From: an uncultured Spirochaetota bacterium
GTDB taxonomy: Bacteria; Spirochaetota; Spirochaetia; SZUA-6; Fen-1364
Direction of reading: 5' to 3'
Assembly: GCA_963845535.1 (NCBI GenBank)
Contig: CAWJSK010000019.1
Location: forward strand, 352,001-416,000
Length of the DNA stretch: 64,000 nt
A program made the translations under genes and the position numbers. This document shows, piece by piece, positions 40,675 through 49,231 of this stretch (within the stretch, counting starts at the first letter, position 1; each line of letters starts with the position of its first letter). Below the pieces are notes generated by a model. That model was not told the DNA's origin, made no database searches, and was given only the letters and a program-made list of their open reading frames with translations.

Positions 40675-40724
40675 TTTCGAAAAACCGGATCGACCAGGGC
40701 GACAGCTTTCCGGGATCCTCGTAG
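40635..40724 (+). pseudogene. Truncated N-terminus of a possible AbiEii-like nucleotidyltransferase
   Basis: MALTKLQREILWVISKNRIDQGDSFPGSS*; resembles from memory the MALT..QR.I...I..NR...GESY.AGG starts of such proteins. Confidence 0.4.
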
Positions 40725-40792
40725 ACCACTCTTTGCCGAGACTCGACTTCGAGCCTGCTTCCGCCGGGCAATCCCGAAGAAGCATTGGAAAC

Positions 40793-40846
40793 CTATCAAA
40801 TTCGCAAATATCGAAAGAAATCTTTCGAAATTTGCGAATTTGATAG
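40793..40846. repeat. 54-bp AT-rich palindrome
   Basis: CTATCAAATTCGCAAATATCGAAAGA-AA-TCTTTCGAAATTTGCGAATTTGATAG; 26-bp arms with one mismatch. Confidence 0.97.
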
Positions 40847-40888
40847 ATCCACGTGCTTTGGTTCCGGGAGGCCGAAACCTCGACGACG

Positions 40889-41356
40889 TTAGTCGATGTT
40901 CGCGGTCAGGTTGATGGAGTGGCCGTTGGAGGCAAGGTTGCCCGAAGCGTAGGGGATCTGGATCATGTTCAGCTCCGTCCCCGTTGAATCGAAGAAGTCC
41001 TCTGGCGCGGGGGAGGCGTAAGACGTCTTTCCGCTGGTGCCGCTGGTGTACGACGTGACGAGCGTGTACTTCTGGTTGGGAAGCTTGGTAATGGTCACCT
41101 GGTAACGGACATAGCTGCCGTCGAAAGTCCCTGTGGATGAGGTCTGGGAGAAGATCTGCCCCGCATCCGAGGTGACCATGACAGTGACGCTGGAGCCCGG
41201 TTGGGCCCAGTCTGAATGGCTGGCGGCCAATACGCGCACGTCCACCGTCATGGCGTTGGAGGGATAGATGATGTTCATCAGTTGGCCGCAGCCGGTCAGA
41301 ACGAGCGTCAGGCCCACAACCGGCAGCAGAAGTTTCGACTTTCTCACAGTCCTCAT
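40889..41356 (-). CDS. Lipoprotein, beta-rich, unknown function
   Basis: Basic N-terminus, hydrophobic core, lipobox LTGC; TG-n-TATACT extended -10 just upstream. Confidence 0.85.
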   Translation of the reverse strand: MRTVRKSKLLLPVVGLTLVLTGCGQLMNIIYPSNAMTVDVRVLAASHSDWAQPGSSVTVMVTSDAGQIFSQTSSTGTFDGSYVRYQVTITKLPNQKYTLVTSYTSGTSGKTSYASPAPEDFFDSTGTELNMIQIPYASGNLASNGHSINLTANID

Positions 41357-41470
41357 TCCCTGCTGTGGTCAAAGTATAGCACAAATGGCCTTCCTATTGC
41401 CACCCCTTTCGCGGTTGATTTTTGAGGACGCATGGAGGCGCCTCGACAAAAGAAAAGCGCCTCGGCAAAG

Positions 41471-41494
41471 AAAAGCGCCCCGGAGAGGGGCGCT
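41471..41494 (-). terminator. Intrinsic terminator between the two lipoprotein genes
   Basis: On minus strand AGCGCCCC-TCTCC-GGGGCGCT followed by TTTCTTT. Confidence 0.8.
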
Positions 41495-41518
41495 CACGAG
41501 TGCAATGCCTGGTTTCTT

Positions 41519-41963
41519 TCAAAGATAGACAAAGAAATCAGCGGTAGTGGAACCGTTGAACGGCATGGAGATTGACGTGTATGCGTTCCCTGATGCGTCG
41601 TAGAAATATAGTAGAAGAGGGAATCCCCGTTAGGCCGTCATAGTAGGTTGCAATAGATCGTGTAATTCCCATTCGGCAACTTATTGAACGAGGGAATAAC
41701 ATACTCTCATAGTTATATCCACTGACCGGATCATGATACAGTGCCGCTAAACCCTGTCTTTTGTTCCTCCGGAAGCGCCGCTAATGGTCACGGTTACGTC
41801 GAATATGCAGATAGGCCGCTCGGGTGCGTCGTTATGACACTATCGTAGTGACGTTTATCGTGTTATTCGCGTAAAGCGCATCCAGTATCTGATCACAGCT
41901 CGAGAGGAGGAACAGCGCCCCGACAGCCAGCAGTATCAAAGGGATAAGCTTCTTGACTCTCAT
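41519..41963 (-). pseudogene. Multiply frameshifted lipoprotein gene, paralogue of 40889-41356 (absent from ORF track)
   Basis: AGGAGG SD; MRVKKLIPLILLAVGALFLLSSCDQILDALYANNTINV; later frames give DVTVTISG, FNKLPNGNYTI, FYDASGNAYTSISMPF, matching SVTVMVTS, ITKLPNQKYTL, FFDSTGTELNMIQIPY. Confidence 0.8.
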
Positions 41964-41973
41964 GCCATTCCTC

Positions 41974-42552
41974 CTAGAAGTAGATGACAAAGTTCAGGGT
42001 TGGGACCGCTCGATCCCCGAGCGGGGCGAGGTTTCCGTGGAACGCCGAACCGAAGGCACCCTCCAGGTCGCTCCACGAGGCGAACACCTGCGTATAGGAG
42101 AGGTTGAGGCCCCACCAGTCGAACTTCAGCCCGACGCCCGCCCGGGCGTTGACTCCCACGCCGCCGTTGTAGATCTGGCCACCGTAGATGTAGAGGAGGT
42201 TCGGGCCAACCTCTGCATAGAAAAGGACAGGCTTGAGCACGAACTTGACCCCGACGTCGAAGAGGTTCAGAAAGCCGGGGAGATAGGTACCATAAGACGT
42301 GACGTCGGTGTACGGATCTGTGTAGGTTGTCGCCTGGTAAACCCAGTAATCAGGCATGGCATACGCGTCCCAGGACAGATAGAGAATGGAATAGCTGTAG
42401 GCAATGTGGAAACTGATGATGCTCTGATTGACGATGTCTTGAGACGGCGTCCATCCCAATCCCAGCTCCCATTCCCCCTTGGGCCTCGCGAACGCCGGGA
42501 CCGCCATGGCAAGGATCAACACCGCTGCCAGCGGAAGCATTATCTTCTTCAT
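41974..42552 (-). CDS. Probable outer-membrane beta-barrel protein
   Basis: Signal peptide MKKIMLPLAAVLILAMAVPAFA; amphipathic strands (WELGLGW, FDVGVKFVL, NARAGVGLKF); C-terminal LNFVIYF. Confidence 0.75.
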   Translation of the reverse strand: MKKIMLPLAAVLILAMAVPAFARPKGEWELGLGWTPSQDIVNQSIISFHIAYSYSILYLSWDAYAMPDYWVYQATTYTDPYTDVTSYGTYLPGFLNLFDVGVKFVLKPVLFYAEVGPNLLYIYGGQIYNGGVGVNARAGVGLKFDWWGLNLSYTQVFASWSDLEGAFGSAFHGNLAPLGDRAVPTLNFVIYF

Positions 42553-42653
42553 CGTCTCCCCCTTGTGAGATGTCCCAATCGTTACCGTAGTGCTTGTTCC
42601 CATAAGTATAACACGGGAGGCAGTCGAAAACAGCACCTCGAAGCAGCGTTCCG

Positions 42654-42682
42654 TCGACATTTCCGCGCAGCCCTGATACTAT
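42654..42682 (+). promoter_or_regulatory. Sigma70-type promoter of buk, probably leaderless
   Basis: TCGACA-17-TACTAT (TG extension), 7 nt before ATG 42690. Confidence 0.7.
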
Positions 42683-42689
42683 GGGGCGG

Positions 42690-43775
42690 ATGGCCGTAAA
42701 GATACTGGCGATCAATCCCGGCTCCACGTCCACCAAGCTCGCCATTTATGAGGACTCCACGGAGTGCTGGAAAAAAGGCGTCAGCCACTCGTCGGAAGAC
42801 ATCGCCAGGCACCGAAGGATGCAGGACCAGCTCGAGCTTCGAAGCGCGGCAGTGCGGGAGAGTCTCACCGAAGCCGGTGTCGGGCTTTCCGACATGTCCG
42901 CGGTGGTGGGACGGGGCGGGCTGCTCAAGCCGCTTGCCGGCGGGGTGTACGAAGTCAACGAGAAGATGAAGAGCGACCTTATCGCCTGCAAATACGGGAC
43001 CCATGCGTCCAACCTGGGAGCCCTGATTGCGGACGCCCTTGCTTCGGAAATCGGCGTGAAGGCCTACATCGTCGACCCGGTTGTGGTGGACGAGCTGGAC
43101 CCGATTGCCCGATACTCGGGGATTCCGCAAGTCCCGCGGCGCTCGATCTTCCACGCCCTCAACCAGAAGGCAACGGCCAAGAAGGCGGCCCGCAGCCTTG
43201 GGAAGAAGTATGAGGACTGCACGCTGATCGTCGCGCACATGGGCGGAGGCACCTCAATTGGCATCCATGCGGCAGGAAAGGTCGTGGACGTCAACAACGC
43301 TCTGGACGGGGATGGTCCGTTTGCCATCGAGCGGGCAGGGACGGTACCCGCGGGAGACTGGATGCGCTGGATCCTGTCCCATCAGCATGACCCCCAGGCG
43401 CTGCAGCTTATGCTGACGGGAAAGGGCGGACTGGTTGCCTACCTCGGGACGAACGAGTTCCCGGAGATAGAGAAGTCAGCCGCAGGAAAAGGCAGCCTTG
43501 ATGCAAGGCTGTGCGACGAGCTGATCCGGACGCTCTGTTACCAGATTGCCAAGTGGATTGCCGGTCTTGCGGCGTTCACCGAAGGGCGCGTGGACGCCAT
43601 CGTGCTCACCGGCGGGCTGGCGTTCTCCGAGCGGGTGGTGAAGGAAATCTCGTCACGGGTCTGTTTCCTTGCACCGGTGCTCCTGTTCCCCGGTGAGAAC
43701 GAGCTGGAAGCGCTTGCCGCGGGCGTCGAGGAAGTGCTGCGGGGAGAGGCGCAGGCCGGGACATACGAAGGCTGA
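42690..43775 (+). CDS. buk: Butyrate kinase
   Basis: ILAINPGSTSTK, GRGGLLKP, HASNLG, IFHALNQKA, AHMGGG, DVNNALDGDGPF, PGENELEAL. Confidence 0.96.
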   Translation: MAVKILAINPGSTSTKLAIYEDSTECWKKGVSHSSEDIARHRRMQDQLELRSAAVRESLTEAGVGLSDMSAVVGRGGLLKPLAGGVYEVNEKMKSDLIACKYGTHASNLGALIADALASEIGVKAYIVDPVVVDELDPIARYSGIPQVPRRSIFHALNQKATAKKAARSLGKKYEDCTLIVAHMGGGTSIGIHAAGKVVDVNNALDGDGPFAIERAGTVPAGDWMRWILSHQHDPQALQLMLTGKGGLVAYLGTNEFPEIEKSAAGKGSLDARLCDELIRTLCYQIAKWIAGLAAFTEGRVDAIVLTGGLAFSERVVKEISSRVCFLAPVLLFPGENELEALAAGVEEVLRGEAQAGTYEG

Positions 43776-43787
43776 GCGGAGGGGCGC

Positions 43788-44194
43788 GTGTACCAGAGAA
43801 GGATCAAGGTCATTGACAACGTTTTTCAGTACAGGATGATCGCAGTCCTGCTCGTCATTGTGGTCTGCGGCGTTGCGGCTTTCACAGCCGGAGCTTTGCT
43901 CGTGTCAGCCCTGGCGCGCGCGCAGGGCCATGTCCAATCCGGGCAACGTCTTTTGTCGATCTTCCCCCCCATCCTCGTGAATGACATCGTGATCATGCTC
44001 CTCCTGATCATTGCGGGATCTTCCTCACGCACAGGATAGCGGGGCCGATCTTCAGGGTCCAAAGCGACATCGAGAGGGTGCTTGCGGGGGAAAAGAACGT
44101 CAGGGTGAGGTTTCGCCGGCATGACGCTTTCCCCGAGCTGGCGGAAAAGGTGAACAAGCTCATTGAGCGGATCGACAACCAGCCTCGCCGCTGA
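43788..44194 (+). CDS. Small 2-TM protein ending in a HAMP-like domain, 1-nt deletion near 44026
   Basis: FQYRMIAVLL...LLIIAG, then shifted frame IFLTHRIAGPIFRVQSDIERVLAGE...RFRRHDAFPELAEKVNKLIE...* (TGA 44192-44194). Confidence 0.8.
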
Positions 44195-45240
44195 GACCCG
44201 GCTCCTTCCCTGGAACAGGAAATTCCTCGGGTCCAAGAGGCTCCTGCGGGATTGGATTGCGAAGCGGATCATCGAAAGAGTCGGCGTTCCGCAAACCTTT
44301 CTCGACGGCTTCTGCGGGACCGGCTCCGTGGGCCTTGCCATGGCATTTCGGGGGACGCGCCGAGTGATCGCGGTGGATTCGCTGAAGTCCAATTGCGCAG
44401 TCCTCCAGGCATTCGTGGAGACGGGCTATCGCCCTGATCCTGATGAACGAATGGGTATGCTGATGGCTGAGCTGAACTCCCTGCGCCCCGTCCTGGGCTA
44501 CATTACGGAAAGCTTCGGCAACTCCTATTTCACGCGGGAGAACTGTATGCGCATGGATTCCATGCGGGAACGCATGGAATCGCATGCGCGCATCCGCGGA
44601 GGTTTCCGACGGCGAGCACGCCATTCTCCTTGGAGCCTTTCTTCTGGGAGCGGACCGGGTCGCGAACACCATTGGCCAGTATGACGCTTTTCTCAAGCAC
44701 ATCGACAGGAAGTCCATGGAACGCGGGCGGCACCTGGTGGATGAAAGAGTGAGGACGCGGTTTCTCGTGCAGCCCCTTGGGAGGCTGGAGGGGATTGCGC
44801 TGGAGGTCGTGCACGGGGACATGCTCAGCCTGGCATCAGGCCTGGACGTGGATGCAGCCTATTTCGACCCTCCGTACAACGGCCGGCAGTATTGCGACAA
44901 CTACCACGTCCTGGAGAACCTCGCCCTGTGGCTGAAGCCGCCCTTGTACGGGAAGACGCGCAAGTTCGATCGTACGGGAATGAAAAGCCCGTTCTGCACC
45001 CGGGAGGCTGCACCGGCCCTGGAGAGGTTGATGAGCAACACGTGCGCGCGGGAAATATTCCTTTCCTACAGCTCCGAGGGCATCCTCTCCAGGGAGGAGA
45101 TCCACCGCGTTCTTGCCAGGTACGGCAGAGTCGAGGAGATCGAGACCGAGTACCCGGTCTTCGGAAACGGCGCGGGTGTCTCAGTGCGCCGGAGCGTCAG
45201 GGAGATGCTTTTTCACGTGAGAACCGGGAGGCAGCTTTGA
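44163..45240 (+). CDS. DNA adenine methyltransferase (D12/Dam-like class), 1-nt insertion near 44583
   Basis: RKFLGSK and DGFCGTGSV (motif I) in ORF 44163-44684; YFDPPYN.RQY..NYHVLE (motif IV) and LSYSSEG in overlapping ORF 44584-45240. Confidence 0.88.
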
Positions 45241-46175
45241 GCGGCGGTGATCCGCAGAAGGCAGCCGTGGGAGGCCGGAGGCAGGCGGGCCCGCGCGGCA
45301 TCAAGCGCGAGCTTGTGGATGAGAACGGCAAGTCCCGGGGATTCTATTCCGAAAGCAACAAGGTCAACGACCTGACCGGCCGCGAGTGGGTGTTCTGGAC
45401 GCGCTCCGTGATCACCAAGCCGTATCCTCCGGACATGCAGCATGCCCTTCGAAGCCGCCACGGCGGCCAGAAACCGCCAGCTCTTTGCGCGGACCTCATT
45501 CGGGCGTTCACCAAATCGGGGGACATGATCCTGGACCCTTTCATGGGCGTGGGGGGCGTCCTCCTGGGGGCCTCCCTGTGCGGCAGGAAGGCCATGGGCG
45601 TGGAGATCGATTCGCGGTGGATCCAGACGTACCGCGAGGTCTGCGCGCGTGAAGGACTGGAGCCGCAGGAGACGATGGCCGCGGATGCGCTGAGCGCGCT
45701 TGCGGACATGCAGGGAAGATCGTTCGACTGCGTCTTTACGGACGTTCCCTACTGGAAGATGGACAAGGCGGAGCGGTCAAAGGGGACGTACAAGCGCGTG
45801 GGGGAATCTGCCAAGCCTGTCAGGGCAAGCAAGCTGTCCGCGTTCAGCGCGCGGGAATACGCCTCCAAGGCGGACTGGCTCGCTCACATGTCGGAAGTCT
45901 TCACCCTGTCCGCAGGGCTCTTGAAGGAGCACGGATACCTCCTGAGCTTCATCGGCGACATGTACCGCGACAACCAGTACCACTGCCTTTCAGCGGAGCT
46001 GGCCCAGGTCATTGCCGCCATCCCCGGCATGGTCTGGAAAGCGAACATCGTGTGGTATGACGTGTCAAAGAAGCTGCACCTCTACGGTTACCAGTACTCT
46101 TATATCCCTTCCATGATCCATCAGAACATCCTGGTCTTTCGCAAAGAACCCCGCAAGGAGAAAACCAATGGCTGA
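45237..46175 (+). CDS. N4/N6-type DNA methyltransferase-like protein
   Basis: NDLTGREW, KPPALCADLIRAFTK, DPFMGVG (motif I), TDVPYW (motif IV variant); TTG 45237 overlaps the upstream stop. Confidence 0.8.
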   Translation: MSGGDPQKAAVGGRRQAGPRGIKRELVDENGKSRGFYSESNKVNDLTGREWVFWTRSVITKPYPPDMQHALRSRHGGQKPPALCADLIRAFTKSGDMILDPFMGVGGVLLGASLCGRKAMGVEIDSRWIQTYREVCAREGLEPQETMAADALSALADMQGRSFDCVFTDVPYWKMDKAERSKGTYKRVGESAKPVRASKLSAFSAREYASKADWLAHMSEVFTLSAGLLKEHGYLLSFIGDMYRDNQYHCLSAELAQVIAAIPGMVWKANIVWYDVSKKLHLYGYQYSYIPSMIHQNILVFRKEPRKEKTNG

Positions 46176-46914
46176 GCATCTGTTCGGATTCCACACCATA
46201 GAGGAAACCTTGCGAAAAGGGGTGTCAGGCGCCTCGCTCCTTATTTCACGGGAGAATGCGAGGATCCAGAAGCTGCGTGAGGCGGCGGAGAGCCGCGGCG
46301 TCCCCGTCTCCGAGGTGGAGGAGGGGGAGCTCACCGGCCTGTGTGGGACGGATGCCCACCGCGGCGCCGTTCTCGTTTTATCCAGGGCTCCCGCTTCCCT
46401 CCAGAAGGACCTCCGTCATCTCCTTTCGGGCCTCAAGACACCGACGCCGCTCGTCCTGGTGCTGGACGGCATCATGGACCCGCAGAACCTCGGGGCAATC
46501 CTGAGGTCCGCGGACCAGTTTGCCACCGACATGGTCGTGATCCCGTCCCGGCACTCTGCCCAGGAGACACAGACCGTTGCCAAGGTGTCCGCCGGCGCAA
46601 GCGCATACGTGCCTCTTGCCGTGGTCCCGAACATCCCGTCCGCCCTGGAGCTTCTCAAGGAGAACGGCTTCTGGATTTTCGGGGCCGACATGGAGGGTCA
46701 GACAACGGACACCATCGACTTCGGCGGGAAGGTGTGCCTTGTGCTGGGAAGCGAGGGGACTGGTTTACGGCGACTGGTCAGGGAGAGATGCGACTTTCTG
46801 GCCCGCATCCCCGCTGCCGGACACGTGGATTCCTTCAACGTCTCGGTGGCCGCGGGGATTCTCCTGTTCGAGGCGCGCCGTCAGCAAGGATTCCCGCACA
46901 TGAGACAGGAGTGA
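46168..46914 (+). CDS. rlmB: 23S rRNA (Gm2251) methyltransferase RlmB, TrmH family
   Basis: LDGIMDPQNLGAILRSA, LGSEGTGL, DSFNVSVAAGI. Confidence 0.93.
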   Translation: MAEHLFGFHTIEETLRKGVSGASLLISRENARIQKLREAAESRGVPVSEVEEGELTGLCGTDAHRGAVLVLSRAPASLQKDLRHLLSGLKTPTPLVLVLDGIMDPQNLGAILRSADQFATDMVVIPSRHSAQETQTVAKVSAGASAYVPLAVVPNIPSALELLKENGFWIFGADMEGQTTDTIDFGGKVCLVLGSEGTGLRRLVRERCDFLARIPAAGHVDSFNVSVAAGILLFEARRQQGFPHMRQE

Positions 46915-46980
46915 TGGGCATGGACCGACGGCCGGCCCGTGGGGGCGCGTTGGCCCGCAGACGCGCCACCGTCAAATCGC

Positions 46981-47385
46981 CTATCGTTGTACTGAGAGGA
47001 TCCTCTCCGCGAGGTGCACGGCATTGAGGACCCCTTGCGGGCCTATCCCCATGGTTGCCACGGGCACGCCGCGGGGCAACTGAAGGATGGACAGAAGGGC
47101 GTCCACCCCTGACAGCGGCCCGGCGACGAGCGGTATGCCAATAACCGGCAGTTTTACAAGGGAAGCAATCACCCCGGGGAGCGCGGCTGAAAGGCCGGCC
47201 GCGGCAATGACGAGCCTGTACTCTTTCTCTCCCAGACGAAGGAATGCAACGAGCTCCTCGAGGTTGCGGTGAGCGGAAAGGACCTTCAATTCATAGCTCA
47301 GCCCTTTTTCTTCGAGGAGCGAAAGGCCGGGTTTCACCGCAGGCTCATCAGACTGTGATCCAATGACGAAAAGCACGTCTTTCAT
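46981..47385 (-). CDS. purE: PurE (AIR carboxylase / N5-CAIR mutase family), 134 aa
   Basis: IGSQSD, SAHR, AAGLSAALPG, PVIGIP, DALLSILQLPRGVPVAT. Confidence 0.93.
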   Translation of the reverse strand: MKDVLFVIGSQSDEPAVKPGLSLLEEKGLSYELKVLSAHRNLEELVAFLRLGEKEYRLVIAAAGLSAALPGVIASLVKLPVIGIPLVAGPLSGVDALLSILQLPRGVPVATMGIGPQGVLNAVHLAERILSVQR

Positions 47386-48656
47386 GTCGAGGCCCCCAGG
47401 AACTTCCGGCCTATGTCGTGCCTGTACCAGCCCCCGGTGAACCGGATTTTCTCCACCATGGCATATGCACGCTCGGCCGCGCCCCTGAGATCCGCTCCGC
47501 GGCCCACCACTGTGAAGCATCGCCCGCCCCGAACGTGCAGAGTCCCGTCGCGTTCGCGGAAAGACGATGCGTGAAACACTTCGGTGTGGTCCGGCAATGC
47601 ATCCCCCGCGATCGTCACGGGGACGGGGCCGCCTGAGGCATCCGGGTAGCCCTGTCCCGCAATGACGATTCCCAGCGCTGCCCCGACTGCTGAGGATGTG
47701 TTGATCCCCGCGGCGAAGGACGCAAGCTCCTTCGAGATCACGGCCTTCAGAAGCCCTCCGAAATCGAAGGGCAGGACCGGCAGGAGCACCTGGGTCTCGG
47801 GGTCGCCGAACCTGACATTGAACTCCAGGACGCGAGGCCCGCCGCGCGTGATCATGAGCCCGAAATACAGGACCCCAGCGTATGCAAGTCCTTCCCGTTC
47901 CATGGCGGCGTACGTCGGCTCCACGATCTCCTGCTCGATGCGTCTCATCACCGCCCCGTCAGCCGGGGGCACGGGACAGACGGAGCCCATTCCGCCCGTG
48001 TTCGGACCCGTATCCCCGTCATGGGCCTTCTTGAAGTCGGTGCAGGCCGGAAGGATGACGTGGCTTTGCCCGTCACTCACGCCGAACACGGAAAGCTCCC
48101 AACCCTCCAGGTACTCCTCGACAAGAACGTGGTCCACGGCCAACGCCGCTTTGCCAAAGGAAACCAGCTCCTCGGTTTGCGCGGACTCCAGGACGCCTTT
48201 CCCGGCAGCAAGACCGCTTTTCTTCACGACCAGCCTCTGTCCAGTCTTTGTCGCGAGGAACGCCTCCAGGGTGGCGGCATCAGAGAACTCCGTGGCGCGC
48301 GCGGTCGGGATCCCGTTTCGCACCAGGAAGGCCTTGGAGAACGCCTTGCTGGACTCGAGCTGCGCGGACTTCTTGGCCGGCCCGAAGGCCGGGATGGCGC
48401 GGCGAGCAAGGCAATCCACCACGCCTGAGGCCAGAGGGGTTTCGGGGCCTACGAAGACGCAGTCCACCGAATTGCGCCGCACCGCGTTGAGCACTGTTGG
48501 GAACTTCAGCGGGTCCACGTCGGGCAGGTTGGTGCAGACCTCCGCCGTGCCGGCGTTGCCCGGGGCCGCGAACACGGCGCTCACGTGCGCGCTCTGGGCC
48601 AGCTTCCACGCAACGGCGTGCTCGCGGGCGCCTGACCCAAGGATGAGGACCCTCAT
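47382..48656 (-). CDS. purD: Phosphoribosylamine-glycine ligase
   Basis: LGSGAREHA, APGNAG, LESSKAF, GLAAGKGV, GPNTGGMG, EFNVRFGDPE. Confidence 0.98.
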   Translation of the reverse strand: MRVLILGSGAREHAVAWKLAQSAHVSAVFAAPGNAGTAEVCTNLPDVDPLKFPTVLNAVRRNSVDCVFVGPETPLASGVVDCLARRAIPAFGPAKKSAQLESSKAFSKAFLVRNGIPTARATEFSDAATLEAFLATKTGQRLVVKKSGLAAGKGVLESAQTEELVSFGKAALAVDHVLVEEYLEGWELSVFGVSDGQSHVILPACTDFKKAHDGDTGPNTGGMGSVCPVPPADGAVMRRIEQEIVEPTYAAMEREGLAYAGVLYFGLMITRGGPRVLEFNVRFGDPETQVLLPVLPFDFGGLLKAVISKELASFAAGINTSSAVGAALGIVIAGQGYPDASGGPVPVTIAGDALPDHTEVFHASSFRERDGTLHVRGGRCFTVVGRGADLRGAAERAYAMVEKIRFTGGWYRHDIGRKFLGAST

Positions 48657-49231
48657 GGCGCGACTCCGCCACCCACTTTGTCGAGCATTGAGATCAGGAT
48701 CTGCGGGTACCACTCATGCTCCAGTTGGTGGATGCGGACCTCGACATGGTCTCTGGTCTCTGCGGGGTCGCGGCGGAAGGACTTCTGGAGGATGACGGGC
48801 CCGGTGTCCACGCCCGCGTCCACGCGAATGATCGTTATCCCCAGCTCGATGTCACCGGAGGCGTAGCTTTCATCTATTCCATGGACGCCGGGGTACTTCG
48901 GCAGGAGGCTGGGGTGGATGTTGATCACGGGCCCCTTGAACGCTTCCAGGAACCACGGGGTCAGCAGCCTCATGAATCCAGCCAGGGCCACGATGTCCAC
49001 CTGGCGCCTTTCCAGATGGCGGACGATTTTCTTTTCCACTGATTCTCGCTTCTCCCCCGCATAGGATATTGGAAAGGTCGGTACCCCCAGCTCTTTCGCC
49101 TTCTCCAGGACGGGAGCCCCGGCAACGTCGCAGAGAAGAAACTCGACGGTGTGCCGGGTCGGCTTGACGGCCCGGGCGATGGCCGCGAAGTTTGATCCCG
49201 TACCCGAAGCGAAAACGGCCAGCCGCGCCAT
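48653..49231 (-). CDS. purN: Phosphoribosylglycinamide formyltransferase
   Basis: FASGTGSN, LAGFMRLL, INIHPSLLP, VDAGVDTGP. Confidence 0.98.
   Translation of the reverse strand: MARLAVFASGTGSNFAAIARAVKPTRHTVEFLLCDVAGAPVLEKAKELGVPTFPISYAGEKRESVEKKIVRHLERRQVDIVALAGFMRLLTPWFLEAFKGPVINIHPSLLPKYPGVHGIDESYASGDIELGITIIRVDAGVDTGPVILQKSFRRDPAETRDHVEVRIHQLEHEWYPQILISMLDKVGGGVAP

Noticed and set aside
41519..41963. Diversity-generating retroelement target
   Set aside because: No reverse transcriptase and no near-identical TR/VR pair; the lesions are indels, not adenine-specific substitutions.
41953..42699. 248-aa plus-strand ORF (and 40590-41384 minus, 54934-55329 minus)
   Set aside because: Each overlaps better-supported genes or promoters and lacks credible protein features.
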